Source of the DNA: the human T2T-CHM13v2.0 reference genome, Homo sapiens
NCBI RefSeq assembly: GCF_009914755.1
Contig: NC_060935.1
DNA: 64,000 bases
Strand: one strand, 5' to 3'
Part shown: positions 29,243-42,095 of the stretch, piece after piece
Layout of the letters: each line of letters opens with the position of its first letter
Numbering within the stretch: the stretch's first letter is position 1
Translations under genes and position numbers: made by a program
Notes under the pieces: generated by a model
The model's database searches: none
Told to the model about the DNA's origin: nothing
The model's input: only the letters and a program-made list of their open reading frames with translations

Positions 29243-29257
29243 TGCGTGTACATGCAC
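29200..29257. repeat. alternating purine-pyrimidine (TG/CG/CA) tract
   Basis: 58 nt of unbroken RY alternation including TGTGTGCGCGCGCACACA. Confidence 0.9.
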
Positions 29258-29359
29258 CCCACAATGCTCCTTGAATTTATAAATAAAAGGGAGCTATATA
29301 ATGGGCACACGGGTGAAGGTGGGGAAGAATGAGAAAAGTGTTGCAGGGGAAATGTGAAA

Positions 29360-29665
29360 AGGAAAGGTTTTCTAGTAACACATATTACTTGACCTGGTAT
29401 CTGAGGCATGAAAAAATATTTCAAAGACAGAAATTTAAAAAGAAGTTGTTCCAGGCATGAGAGTGGTATGAACAAAGGCGGAAGCTTGAAAACATAAAAA
29501 ATCAGAGAAAATAAATATAGGCCACAATTTACAGACTTAAAGTTCTACTTTAAGGACAGCGTGGGTCCATTTTGAAAGGATATTGATAGTGAAAGCTGTG
29601 CTTTGGGGAGATTGTTCTGGTGACTGAGGGCCCTTTGCTGGGTAAAGACAGAATTAGAAGAGGAA
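29360..29665 (-). mobile_element. L2 fragment
   Basis: GTTCCAGGCATGAGAG..ATGAACAAAGGC; CTGTGCTTTGGGGAGATTGTTCTGG. Confidence 0.55.
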
Positions 29666-30741
29666 ACGACATTTGTGATGGAAGCATCACCCAATTTTCT
29701 CTCTACACAACCCTGTAGTGGGTCCTGGGGTGACTTTACAGAAACCAGAGGGTTCCACAGACAGGATTTAAAAGGTTTTTATTTTTTTTAGTCCATATAA
29801 GTCCATCTCTCACATTTCACAACTGAAGGAACCACAGCTTGGAGTTCATTAATAATTTGAACAAGATCATACAACAATCTATTCTTGGGATTTTGCTTCA
29901 TAGCACTCAGCTATAGATTGGTAGCTGTAAACTGCCTCAAGGCATTTTCTCCTGATTACTTCACACCTTAGTGATTTGCTTTTCCTGGAAATAGTCTCAG
30001 TTTTTCTTGTAATTACCAGTTCCTTAAGAAAAACAGAGTTCATTAGATTTCATGGACATTAGCAGACAAGCAAGTATCTATTGCAATGTATGTGTATTCT
30101 TGATCACTATTATATTTATTGCCATTGTTATTATCATTCGAAGTGATCAAAATTGTGTGTTTTCAGAGTCATGAAGTGTCTTGACATTTAATTTTTAAGA
30201 ATTTCATTTAAGATCCAAAAGTTGCAATTGCATAGTCTAGGAGACATTTAGATGTTAACAACTCCTTTTAGAATGAAACACATGGTAATAACCTATTTAT
30301 ATCGAAGATAAATGCCAAATTACAACATGATGTATCTTTATTAGCATTTTAAATTTTCTTCTTAAACATTAGAAAGGCATGTAGTTTCCTTCATTAACAT
30401 TTTACCCAAAAGTAATCCATGAACTAGCAGCTTCTATAGTCCTGGCAATGCAGCTACAGGATCCTACCTTGATTCAGGTTAGGAAGGTATGGAAGAGGCT
30501 GATATGAACAGGAGCATTCCTGATTTTACTGGCTATTGCTTCAGCCTCCTTTTTATTTTTTAGTTCTCTTCCCTTTAAACATGTTGCCCAGATGAGATGA
30601 TGGTCAGAACTCCCCAAGAATGTTTCAGTGCTTAATTGGGAGTACTGGAGATATTATTCATTAAATGGAAATATTAAGAGGCTTATTGTTACACTTAACA
30701 TTTAATAGTGGTTATTGCTGGGTAGGAGAATAAAAGCTTGC

Positions 30742-31114
30742 TGATATGGTTTGTCTGTGTCCCCACCCAAATCTCATCTTGAATTGTAGTTCCCATAATC
30801 CCCATGTGTTGTGGGATGGACCCAGTGGGAGGTAATTGATTCATGGGGGCGGCTACCGTCATGCTGTTCTCATGATAGTGAGTGAGTTCTCATGAGATCT
30901 GATGGTTTGATGATAGGCTTTCCTGCTCCTTCACTCTGCACTTCTCCTTCCAGCTACCATGTGAAGACGTGTTTGCTTCCCCTTCTGCCATGATTGTAAG
31001 TTTCCTGAGGCCTCCCCAGAACTGCAGAACTGTGAGTCAATTAAACCTCTTTAATTTATAAATTATCCAGTCTTGGATATGTCTTTATTAGCAATGTGAG
31101 AATGGACTAATATG
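30742..31114 (+). mobile_element. THE1D solo LTR
   Basis: TGATATGGTTTGTCTGTGTCCCCACCCAAATCTCATCTTGAATTGTAGTTCCC ... GAGAATGGACTAATATG. 5-bp TSD CTTGC/CTTGT. Confidence 0.92.
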
Positions 31115-32847
31115 CTTGTTTCAATAGTTTCATTGTAATTAACTGCATTAGGAAAAACTGGAAGCCAGGTAGCTACTTGTTGTATGTATAAGCAATTGAA
31201 TCAGCTCATCTTCAATTTTCATTCCCCACAGAGATCCTAAGAGTTTATCTTGGGTTTTTGGTGACTCACTATTATCCCTTCAGCTCTCCTTTCCTTTAGA
31301 TTTCTGCCTCTGCTCTCTCAACCTCAAAACCTATTTAAGCTGATTTTTCAACACACTTTTACTCCTGGCTGGCAGACATTTAGATAATTAAATGAACATT
31401 ATCTTTACAGAAGTATCATTTGAGGAAGATACTTATAATTTAAAAGTGAAGTTTTGTGGTTAAGATGCTTTCAAGACCCCAAAGAAAAAATCCTACAGAG
31501 CCAATAAGAGTTTTGTGAAACAGAGAGAGAGACTTTATGGAGGGCCTTTAATGGTATGCCTCATCCCATGTATAGCCATCTTCCTGTCTAGTAGGTTAAT
31601 TGTACAACAAAGAATGAAACTGAACCATGATTTCCTTTTGATGCCTCGTTACGTATTTTTTTCTTTAGCTGAGTCTTCACTTTTATACAGAGCCAGGTGT
31701 TGTAGAGTGTTGAAGTAACAAATCAACCCATTTGAGCTTTTGAAGGTACCAATTTGCCTTTGGATATCTTTAATCTGGCTGTATATATACCCTTTTCAAA
31801 GCATTTCTGCACTTAAACACTATCCAAAACAACATGTGGCAGTTTCTCTAATTACTTATGATTAAGAAAAAAGCAAATTCAGGCCCTCAAGGCATCCACA
31901 CTTTGCTATTCTGCTGGAGAAATGAATGCTGCAAAGCAAAGCAGCTTGAAAATTAATGCGCGGCACAACACAAAACAGCAGTTTGTGATTGCATTTCTTT
32001 CCCTCACTGTATTTCAAAAATGTTTTACACAACAGGAAAAGGAGAAAAAAAAAAGAGCAGATGGTTTGAGTTATAAAAGCCATTGAAAACAATGGTGCAA
32101 AGACATTACTGTGTGGTAAAAAACTCATCAAAATTGTCAGTCACTGAGTCTGTAGCAGAGCAAAGGAGAGAATAGATGAGGTGCAGAAATTTATAATAGA
32201 GCTGTTTTGATGTGGGCCCTAGAAAATGACAGAAACATGGTTGAAAAACTGAGAAGAATGTGTCAAAAGATAGAAGTATACTGTGAAATTTCTCCTTGAG
32301 TTAATAAAAAACAATAATAGAGAAACATTCATTTTGCAAAAATACAGTGAGATATTTTCCAGATATTTCCTTAAGAAGCAATTAGAAATTTGTTCTTTCC
32401 TTAATAAGAATTTTATTCTTATTTAATTAAAAATATATTTCTTCTATTTGTAAGAAATAGAAGAAATTTATTGGAAATTTGGAAGAAGTTTATTGTACAG
32501 ATCTCCCAGAAACCAGAAGTACAGAGGTTAATACCAAAAATCAGCCTGGCAACTGACCCAGAGCAAAACATAGCAAGAGACTTAACGAGGATAATTAGTT
32601 TTACAATCCTTGGAATGAGGACTCCTGACTAATTTTCACTATGTAATTCTTCTGAGCTCAACAAGCTTGCTCTTAATTCAAGAAATGATCTATGTTGGCT
32701 AACAATTACATGTAGTTTTTATTACCTTAGGATTGATCTTACTTCTTTGCCATCCTTCACGTTTCCCAATCACTGAAGTTCATCCTTACCTGTACAAGGA
32801 ATCACACTTTATTTTCAGTATGGATTCTGGCCTATGGGGTACCCCAT

Positions 32848-33209
32848 TATCTTGGTCCATTTAAACTGCTATTATAAAACACCATAAACAGGGTAGGTAA
32901 TAAACAACAGAAATTTATTTCTTATAGTTACACAGTCTGGGAAGTACAAGATCTAATACTGGCAGAGTCAGTGTCCGTTAAGGGCTCGCTTTCTGGTTCA
33001 TAGAGGGCATCTCACTGTGTGCTCACATGGCAAAAGTGGTCAGGGATATTTCTTGGACTTATTTTTTAAGGGACTTTATCCCATTTCTTAGGTCTCTGTC
33101 CCTATGACCTAATTTCCTCCCAAATACCCTACCTCCTAATACAATCACCTTGGGAATTCGGGTTTTGACATAAGAATTTTGAGGGGACACAAACATTCAC
33201 ACCACAGCA
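32848..33209 (-). mobile_element. MLT1A solo LTR
   Basis: TATCTTGGTCCATTT..AACAACAGAAATTTATTTCT..GGGAAGTACAAGATC..GAGGGGACACAAACATTCACACCACAGCA. Confidence 0.85.
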
Positions 33210-34169
33210 CCAGTGGTGAAAGTAGCTTATGAAACTTTCTTCTCAAAGGCATTATTTGTGTGCCTTCTGAAAATTTTCATGGTTATCATGGGCGATGATT
33301 TGTCACTTAAACGCCACAGACTAGGATCTCTGACCATATTCAGACAAATTCATGTGATGGAAGGAAACAAAGTTTAGTTGTAGAAAGTTCTCATACTGCA
33401 GTCACATAAGACATGAAACAGTTAAGTAGAACTACCACAGGCAGCAGCTAAAGAGTAGGTTTAGTTGTATTACTCAAGCATTGTAATGACTTTCAAGCTT
33501 TCATTTAATGTCATATCTTTTCTGAGTAAGGGGATTGAGGCCCAAAAGTAAAATAAATGTGCTGCAAGAACAACTATGAATTAAAATCTGCCAAGTATCA
33601 AAGAATGTTGATTGAGACGGAGAAGTAGGACTTGAGGTATAGTGTAATATTGCTAAGAAGTGTAAGTCCAAACATTTTAAACGTAATTATTCTTAAGATA
33701 CAAAACAAAGGAGACTGAAAAATTACTGCAGACATCTGAAGGAAATTAATTAAAGTAGCATATGAAGTTAACTTTGAGTCAATGCAGGTATGTAAATTAA
33801 ATTTTCTGCAGATAGTTTATCACTCTAAAATAAAGAAGTACTAAAGTTAGTAGTAATACTGTGAGACAAGAATCACATAGCACCATTATCCATGTATAGG
33901 TGTAGGATTATCCTGGTTTGGGACACAGGAGAAGATCAGAACCTGGAAGAAAAGGATCTCAAAAAACCTGTTTTCCTTTCATCATCCTGACTGCACTATT
34001 AAACCTGAACCCTATTGCATTGTATAATAGGTTGTGATCCATTCATATACAGACCAAACTGAACATTTGGTTTTATTTTATTCAGTCAGTTGAATAGGTT
34101 ATAAAAATCCCTTATAGGGTTCAAATATCCCCCAAAGGAAAGGATTCATTAACATATTATTATATCAAA

Positions 34170-34430
34170 TAACAATAATGGTACCTAACATTTATATAGC
34201 ACTTATTTGGCATCATTTCAGATACTTTGCAAACATCAATTCATTTAATTCTCACAAAAACCCGATAGTATTCTAATCAGCCTCATTTTAAAGATGGGGA
34301 AACCGAGACACAAAGAATACAAGGAATTTTGACAAAATTATATAGTTAGCAAGTAGCAGAGAGATAATTTGAATCCAGGCAGTAGCTGCTAGATTTTCTG
34401 GTCTTAACATCTATGCCATAGTGCCTCTCA
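34170..34430 (-). mobile_element. MIR
   Basis: CATTTAATTCTCACAA..CTCATTTTAAAGATGGGGAAACCGAGACACA..TTTGAATCCAGGCAG. Confidence 0.8.
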
Positions 34431-34629
34431 GGTGTGTAGAAATCTGAAATACATTGGCTCCATCACACTGACTCAGATGGTCTGGGTTAGCAAAATCAAG
34501 TAAATATTTCTTTCTTTCCCATAATGCATGCAGAATGCCATTCAAAAGGACTAGGTGGGTGACACTTTATATAAATCTAGAATATCCAAATAATATTACT
34601 ATATTCAACTTGTATTCTTTGTATAATTT

Positions 34630-35058
34630 GTGTTCATCATATTGGTCACAGTCCCAGAAGAAAAGAGATGCCATTTTTCAGCAGCGTCAGTGAGGAGAGT
34701 TTAAAAAATAAACTGGAGGAGTTTATGGAAATCTTAAGGATATCAGCAGCTACCATGCCTATCTGAAGGAACAAGATAAAAAAAAGCCTTTCCCAAGAGA
34801 AGGTAAGTATATGGAGAAGGTTGCCCGTCATAAGCTCAAACCTTCTGTAGAGGAATATGGCTGCACAGGAAGATAATCAGAAATTAACTTCCACTGAATC
34901 ACTTGACACTGGTTACTATTGGTCCAACCCAACCAGATATCAAAAGGCCAGAGAGCTTGTTGGTGCAGCCATATGGGTCAGCCTATCAATGCACATGGCA
35001 GCGTGGGTACAGAAGTGTGGGACATGGATCTGTAAGTACAAATAGAAGATATCTTATG
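34630..35058 (-). mobile_element. LTR33-like ERVL LTR
   Basis: TTGGTCCAACCCAACCAGA..GGTGCAGCCATATGGGTCAGCCT..TGGATCTG..CAAATAGAAGATATCT matches the reverse complement of the recalled LTR33 5' end. Confidence 0.6.
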
Positions 35059-36269
35059 TGCTTTGGAGGCCCAATACCCCTCATCTGCTTAGTTTCCAAG
35101 CATCAAAGATAGTTCTTATGTATGTGACCAGATATGCAGCATCATGCAGCGGAAGATAGAAACTTCCTTGTATTCCTTTTCTTGCTTTACACATGTAAAA
35201 TTTACACTGGCTGTTTAATGCCCAGCTGAAATGGCAGCTTTATGGTACTTGTTCCCTGACATTCCCAACCAAATGTGATTTTGTCCCCTTCCAATTCCAT
35301 ACAACATTGTCTTTGAACTTCCCTTGAAGCACACATTCTGCCTCTATTTAGTAAGGCTAGGTGCCTACTCACAGATGCCCCCACACACCTCCCTACCTCA
35401 TTCCACAGAATGGTGAGTATACCCTCTAATTCCTCATAGTGCTAAGCACAGGTTCCGACACAAAACGTGGCAATACACACCAACTGGGGTTTTTCCCTTT
35501 ATTCTCATTCCTGTTGATGCTTGCTTTCTTCTTTTCTCGTAACTTCCTCAGTATGCTTAACTACTTTTCACAAATCTGCTCATTCTAAAAAGCTTTACGA
35601 ATGAAAATAGTCAGGCCAGTGCACATATCATTATCTTCAAGCCAGGATCTTCTCACATGATTGGTTAAGAACATTTTTCTCTAAAATATGGTACATGTAC
35701 CATGTCGAGTAAATAATATGATTTTGATGTTAATGGAATAATTTTTAAATTTATTTTCATATTTATCTTAATATGTATTAGAAAATTATAACAAGCACAT
35801 GCCTTTAACAGTCACTGACATTACTTAAAATCAGAGAAAATATAAAAAATAAGACATTTAAAGAAAATGCCTAAGAAATACTTGTAGAAATGACATAGGG
35901 ACATTGCAAAAAAAATGTGGAAGTGTTATAAGAAACAAGTAAAAGGTGGAAAAGGCCTCGCCTAGTCCTTGGCCCCATACTTATTCAGTTTATGCTCTTC
36001 CTCTTTCCTTATGTCCCACTGTCAGGACCAGCTTTTCTTTAGACATCTCAGCCGTCTGTCAGCTCTCACAAAAGTCTTAAGGGCTAAGCACTGTTGTTGT
36101 AAATTATCTGTTTTTGTACTTCACATCCTTGCAAAAAGGATTTGCAGTGGCTTATGACAAAAACCAAAAACACAAGACAGAAACAGCTGAAGCACAAATG
36201 CAAGGTCAAACTGTAGGCTCATTCTCCAGCTCCTTCGAATGTTCCCATTCGCTACTATTTAAGTCCATG

Positions 36270-36570
36270 CTCCTATTTCCATGCTTTTGCTGTTCCCTTT
36301 GCCAGGAATTTCCTTGTCCAGCTATTAAACTTATGTTTCGGTTTTTGCTCATGTCTTGCTTCCCCTGTGTACCCCAGCCAAGATTAAATTCTCCCTCCTC
36401 CATGTTAATATACTTTTCTATCCAGAGCCATTAGAAAAATTAGCACATTGCATTGCAATAATCAGTGCAATCTTCCTCCCCCGTGAGCAAGCATCCTGAG
36501 AGCAAAGACTATGCTCTATTTACCTAGGGCTGCTATACAGTCTGCTACACTTTGAGCAATTACTGATTAT
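36270..36570 (+). mobile_element. L2 3' fragment
   Basis: CATGCTTTTGCTGTTCCCTTTGCCAGGAAT..GTGAGCAAGCATCCTGAGAGCAAAGACTATG. Confidence 0.55.
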
Positions 36571-36584
36571 AACTTTTGTCGTGC

Positions 36585-36830
36585 ATGTGGGTTGTATTCA
36601 GGAGCTGTCCCAAACCTTATAGATGTTTTAAATAATTTAATATTTCCAAGGATCTTAACAAATATGTTCTATTATAATCCCCATTTTACACAGCGATTAC
36701 CTAAATAATAGGTAATAAAATAAAAGATACACAGCGATTACCTAAATTGCCTAAGGTCAATAAGCAAAAAAAAAATGGTTTAGATTTTTAAATCTAAGCA
36801 CACTCTAGGGTCAAGTTGCTTAATTCTCTG
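36585..36830 (-). mobile_element. MIR with internal templated insertion
   Basis: TATTATAATCCCCATTTTACA..AAATTGCCTAAGGTCA. Confidence 0.65.
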
Positions 36831-37259
36831 TCAACCCTCAATGACAATAATGACTGAGCTGTTAGGTAAGAAGTCCTTTAGGAATATTTAAAGTGGTTAC
36901 TCAGAGTGAAAATGTAATAAACAATAAAAATTGACCATAATATTTGAGGGCAGTGAGTGTACTCAAACTTCCCAAACCAGGGAGGAAAATGAAGCCTCAC
37001 ACAATGATTTTGAGGAGCAGCTCTGAAATTGGTAATTGTTAATTGTATCTCAATAGATAGGTGATAGAATAGATTTTCCCTATAACATTTAACTCCTTCC
37101 CACATGATCCTCACTTTAGGGTGATGATTTCTAAGCAACATTAAGAACTTTAAACAGCTGAAAAAGAGGTAATTAAAGGAGCTGAGAAAATTATGCTGTG
37201 AAATTGAGGAGTGAATGGGAATTTTAACAAAATTTAGAAATGAGCAGAGCAGTTAGTAA

Positions 37260-37671
<412 letters not shown>

Positions 37672-37696
37672 AGGATTCTTAATAGAAATGAAGATA

Positions 37697-37942
37697 AATC
37701 AGGAAGGATGTTCTAGGTTATGTGCTGGTAACACAATACCCATATTTTGGCGGCTTAACGGAACAAAAGTTTATTTCTCTCTCATGTTGAAGGCAATTGA
37801 TAGTGTGCTCAGTTCCTCAGGATTCAGGCAGACACACACCTAATTTCAAAGGAGGCAGAAAATTAGGGGGATGCATTCATGCCAAATACTCAGGAGGTGG
37901 ATAGTAAGTAACATTTGGTGAATAATACTAATTACTACCCCA
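37697..37942 (-). mobile_element. old MLT1 (J/K-type) LTR fragment
   Basis: CTAGGTTATGTGCTGGTAACA..GGCTTAACGGAACAAAAGTTTATTTCTCTCTCATG; end ATTTGGTGAATAATACTAATTACTACC. Confidence 0.6.
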
Positions 37943-39652
37943 GGGGATAATGATAGTATCCATGCCATAGAGTTTCTGTGTGTATTTAATGAGATCATGC
38001 TTAGAAAGTACCAATCACATAGCAAGTGTTAGCTATTAAAGATATCAATAAGCAGCCCTATTTTCTCAAAAGGTTTTTCTTTTTTTTCCTTAAAAAGGAA
38101 AGTTGTAATAGAGCACATTACACACACATATGAAATCAGAGCCCAGGTAGATGAAATCTAATTTCTAATTTGAAACATTATCCCCAGGCCTATTAACACA
38201 ATTATGAATTGATTCTTGGCATCTGAGGAGAAAGTTTTTAGAAAGGCCTGGTGAATGTCATAATGCAAAGGTACTCTTTAATTTTAACATATAAATATTT
38301 CTCAATAAGTATTGTATTTTATAATGAAACACATACACACCTGATAAACAATTTGTCATTTAAACATTTTTGTTTCTGAAAAGCTGCTAATAAATGATTG
38401 TTGTTTGCTAAAAATTTTGATGTTCTAGACTTAAGACAAAAATGAGAGTTTAAAAAATCTGTATAATACAAAAATAAAAACAATCATTCTCATGAAATGG
38501 TAAACCTGCATAGGAATAGGACTTCAGATGTATAACTATTTGTGTGCAATCACTCTTCTCCTTCTTGATATTATATCAAGTTTTTTTTTGTCTGTTTCAC
38601 AAGAAATATGTTGCAAGGATAGTTATTTTTGCCATACTGAGAAATGTCTCCTGGTGGAATTTTTTTTTAAAAGGTAGCTATTGCGTTCTGAATCATTAGC
38701 TGACAGCCATACAACTTTGAATGTAGCAAGAAAACAGCTTCCTCTCACTGTGTGCAAAGGGAAAGCAGCAGGGATTTCCATATGCAGTGTCAGTCTAGGT
38801 AAATGACATCTGTTATGAAATTGTGTCTGTGCCCAAGACATCCATTAATGGATGCAGGCACACCTCAACTACAGAAGGCAGCTGCTTTATATAGCAGCAG
38901 GGTTTGCCAGCAACAACAGAATCAATAACAGCAGCAATTTATAAATCACATCAAATTAAATCTGCAAACCTTGTTGCTGACAGAAGCATTCTTTAATATC
39001 CCCTAGTCTAAGTTTTCTAACTATTAGTTGATTGAAGAAACACTGAAGGGGCTGTCATGCCCAAAGACAAGCCAAATGCAAAACAATTTATTGTGCTTAG
39101 GCAGCCTTTCATTTAACCTGAAAGATTCTAAAGCAACCAATCTGCTATGTGGGTAAGATGCAGGCCTGGTAGCTCGATCTCATGGTGGTTAGTGAATGGG
39201 GAGATTTTATCAGCATCTCTATTCCATGACTTTTCTACTGCCTAATTGGGAAATAAATTTTTCTCACCATTTAAGTCTTAACTCTAAGCCAATGCATCTC
39301 AAATTTTGTTGTACACAATTTTTTTCTGGGGAATTTGTTAAATTTCCCAGGCCCTATCCTTGGGCTTTCCAATTTCTAGGCACCAAAGTTGAGTGTCATA
39401 AAGGTAGTAAGTGGGCCCATCTGCAGTAAACACTACTACGCCCAAGAACTAATTTATTGATTCTTACATATGAATTCAACCATGATGCTAACTAAAATTA
39501 CACCTGTTTTGGACCTTCCTTTGAAGGGTCACTAGACACAGTAGGCATAGACACCTGTGTGTAAAAAACAAATGCAAAGATGATTCTGATGTATTTTTGA
39601 AGGGACAGTCATAAATTATCAATCTACATTATAGTGCCAAATTATGCAATTA

Positions 39653-39995
39653 CAGTAATGTGTTGCTTAATGCTGGGGATATGTTCTGAGAAATGCAGAG
39701 TTAGGCGATTTTGTTGTTGTGTGAACATCATAGAGTGTACTTACACACTTAGATGGTTTAGCCTACTACACACCTAGTCTTTATGATATAGCCTATTGCT
39801 TCTGTGCTACAAACCTGTATAGCATCTTACTGTACTGAGTACAGTAGGCAAGTATAACACAATGACAAGTAATTACATATCTAAACATACCTAAACATAG
39901 AAAAGGTACAGTAGAAATATGGTATAATCTTATGGGACCACCATCATATATGTGGTTTGTCATTGACCAAAATGATGTTGTGCAGTGCATAACTA
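39653..39995 (+). mobile_element. Tigger3a (MER7A-like) MITE-sized DNA transposon
   Basis: TA|CAGTAATGTGTTGCTTAATGCTGGGGATATGTTCTGAGAAATGC ... GTTGTGCAGTGCATAACTA|TA; TA target duplication. Confidence 0.88.
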
Positions 39996-40153
39996 TAAAG
40001 GGTCATTTAACATATGGATTACATGACATGAGCCATCAGAGAACAAATCAGAAGACTAGCCAATGTTACTAAGTCCTTACTATTCTGTAGTTATTGGTTG
40101 GCAGTGTAATGCCATACTTAAAAGCCATGGTTTTGAAAAACCATATTGCATGT

Positions 40154-40569
40154 TTATATGGTTGGTTATGTCCCCACCCTAATCTCAGCTTGAATTGTAG
40201 CTCCCATAATTCTCACATGTCATGGGAGGGACCCGGTGGGAGGTAGTTGAATCATGAGGGCAGGTTTTTCCTGTGCTGTTTTCACAATAGTGAATAAGTC
40301 TCACGAGATCTGATGGTCTCATAAAGGGGAATTCCCCTCACACGCTCTCTTACCTGCCATCATGTAAGACGTGCCTTTGCTCCTCCTTCACATTCTACAA
40401 TGATTGTGAGGCCTCCCCAGCCATGTGGAATGGGGATTCCATGAAACCTCTTTAAAAAAAAAATAATAATCAGCCTCGGGTATGTCTTTATTAGCAGCGT
40501 CTTTATTATTATGTCTTTATTATGTATGTATTATGTATTATTATATATTTATTAGAGCAGACTAATACA
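40154..40569 (+). mobile_element. THE1C-like solo LTR inserted in a MIR
   Basis: ATGTCCCCACCCTAATCTC..TGAATTGTAGCTCCC..GTGAGGCCTCCCCAGCCATGTGGAA..CAGACTAATACA. AT-rich insertion at ~40500-40553. Confidence 0.9.
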
Positions 40570-41250
40570 CCTGGGTTTGAATTCTGGCCCTGTCACTCTC
40601 TAGCTGTGTGGAATTGAGAAGGAAAGCTCTCTGGTGATTTTCATTATGTGTAAAATGGATAACATGAAGTCACTATGAATATTGAGTGTTAACCAAAAAT
40701 AGCGATTAAAGCATAGCTGTCATAAGACGTTCAATCATTGTTAGCTGTTAGTATTAATATGTGCCACTCGATTATGTCATTGAATTCTCACAATCTTATA
40801 AAGTAGAAATTATTATTATCTCCTTTATACAAAGGAAAAAATGGAAACACAGAGAGGTTAGGTCAGCAGTCCAAAATCACACAGTCAGCAGCATTACGGT
40901 TTTCATACACTTACTTAGCCATTACTCTGAATGTAGAGCTGACGGAAATCATAGGATTTCTTAAATGCATCCCTTATCTTTCTCAAGGTCCTGTAGTGGA
41001 TTATTGATGATGTGGGCAGTGGTTAAGAGTAGGAGGTGATTGCATGTGTTTTGGGGGTAAGACAGAGGAGGCCCCTCTATTACCTACTTCTACTGTGCCT
41101 TGACTGTAGGAAAGTCACTTAGAATTTCTGTGACTTGTTATATAAATATGTAAAATGTTAGAATGGTAAGACTTGCTTTATGAGTATTTTCTATGGATTA
41201 AATGACAAGGTGTGAATTATCTAGCAGATGCTCAATAAATATTGATTGAC
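40570..41250. mobile_element. cluster of MIR copies (+ 40570-40760, - 40765-40900, + 41010-41250)
   Basis: CCTGGGTTTGAATTCTGGC..TAGCTGTGTG; GGAAACACAGAGAGGTTA..CAAAATCACACAG; GTGGTTAAGAG..GTAAAATG..ATGCTCAATAAATATT. Confidence 0.75.
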
Positions 41251-41429
41251 TTCTTATTCTGCCTAACAGCATTAGAAAAACTGTTATGTACATAGTTCTA
41301 CACTAGGAGAAGAGAAAATATAAAGATAAAAGATGGTGAACACTTACATAGGAAACATAATATCAAACACAGTTCCTGCTTTATACTTAACATTTTGTAT
41401 TGACAAACAGAAGTAGACTCCTGGCATGT

Positions 41430-41886
41430 ACAATACTTCACGTGAAATTATGTTCCTTCAGTGGACCGTTAGATCAGTGCCAGGCAACTGACCCAACTGA
41501 AGCCAATCAGATTCTCTCCTCTAAAATCTGAAATTAGATTCAATATGTGGATTTCGAGGTAAAATTAATTTAAAAAAATTGAGCCAGCCATTTACACAGA
41601 AAAATAGATAAATCAGATCAACAGATAAAAGAAAAATGAGGTAGTCCCACAGAGAGAAGCAGTTTGAGAACTCATCTGGCAGTAGAGAGGAAGAATTTTA
41701 AACTATCTGCTTAGGTTCCTGGTAGCTTGCTGGGTACTCTTTCCCACCTGTCTTGAGACCTAGTTGGTTATCTTTTATTTGGATATTCTGAGTTTGCAGA
41801 ATATCTTTTCAATAGCTTTTATTTTATGCTTAAACTTTGAAGTGAATTTCTGTGCTTTGACAGAAAATAACCTTGTCTAAGATACT
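41430..41886 (+). mobile_element. old MLT1 (K/L/M-type) LTR
   Basis: TGACCCAACTGAAGCCAATCAGATTCTCTC; 3' GCTTAAACTTTGAAGTGAATTTCTGTGCTTTG..CCTTGTCTAAGATAC. Confidence 0.55.
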
Positions 41887-41899
41887 GATGTAGGAAGAA

Positions 41900-42095
41900 G
41901 AGAAGGAAACTAATAAATAGTTGCTAAGTACTTCATTTAATCCTAAAACAGCCCTCAAATACTACAGGCATTATTATTCATAGTTTAGTGGTAAGGAAAT
42001 TGGGATTGAGAATGTGTAACTTGCCTAAGATCAAGCTTCTATAGATGATAGGAACACAAGTCTTTGTGATATCAAATCTCACTTTCATCACTATT
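41900..42095 (-). mobile_element. MIR
   Basis: CATTTAATCCT..AAGGAAATTGGGATTGAGAATGTGTAACTTGCCTAAGATCA. Confidence 0.65.

Noticed and set aside
35660-35945. Possible hAT/Charlie-type fragment
   Set aside because: Too diverged and AT-rich to assign by eye.
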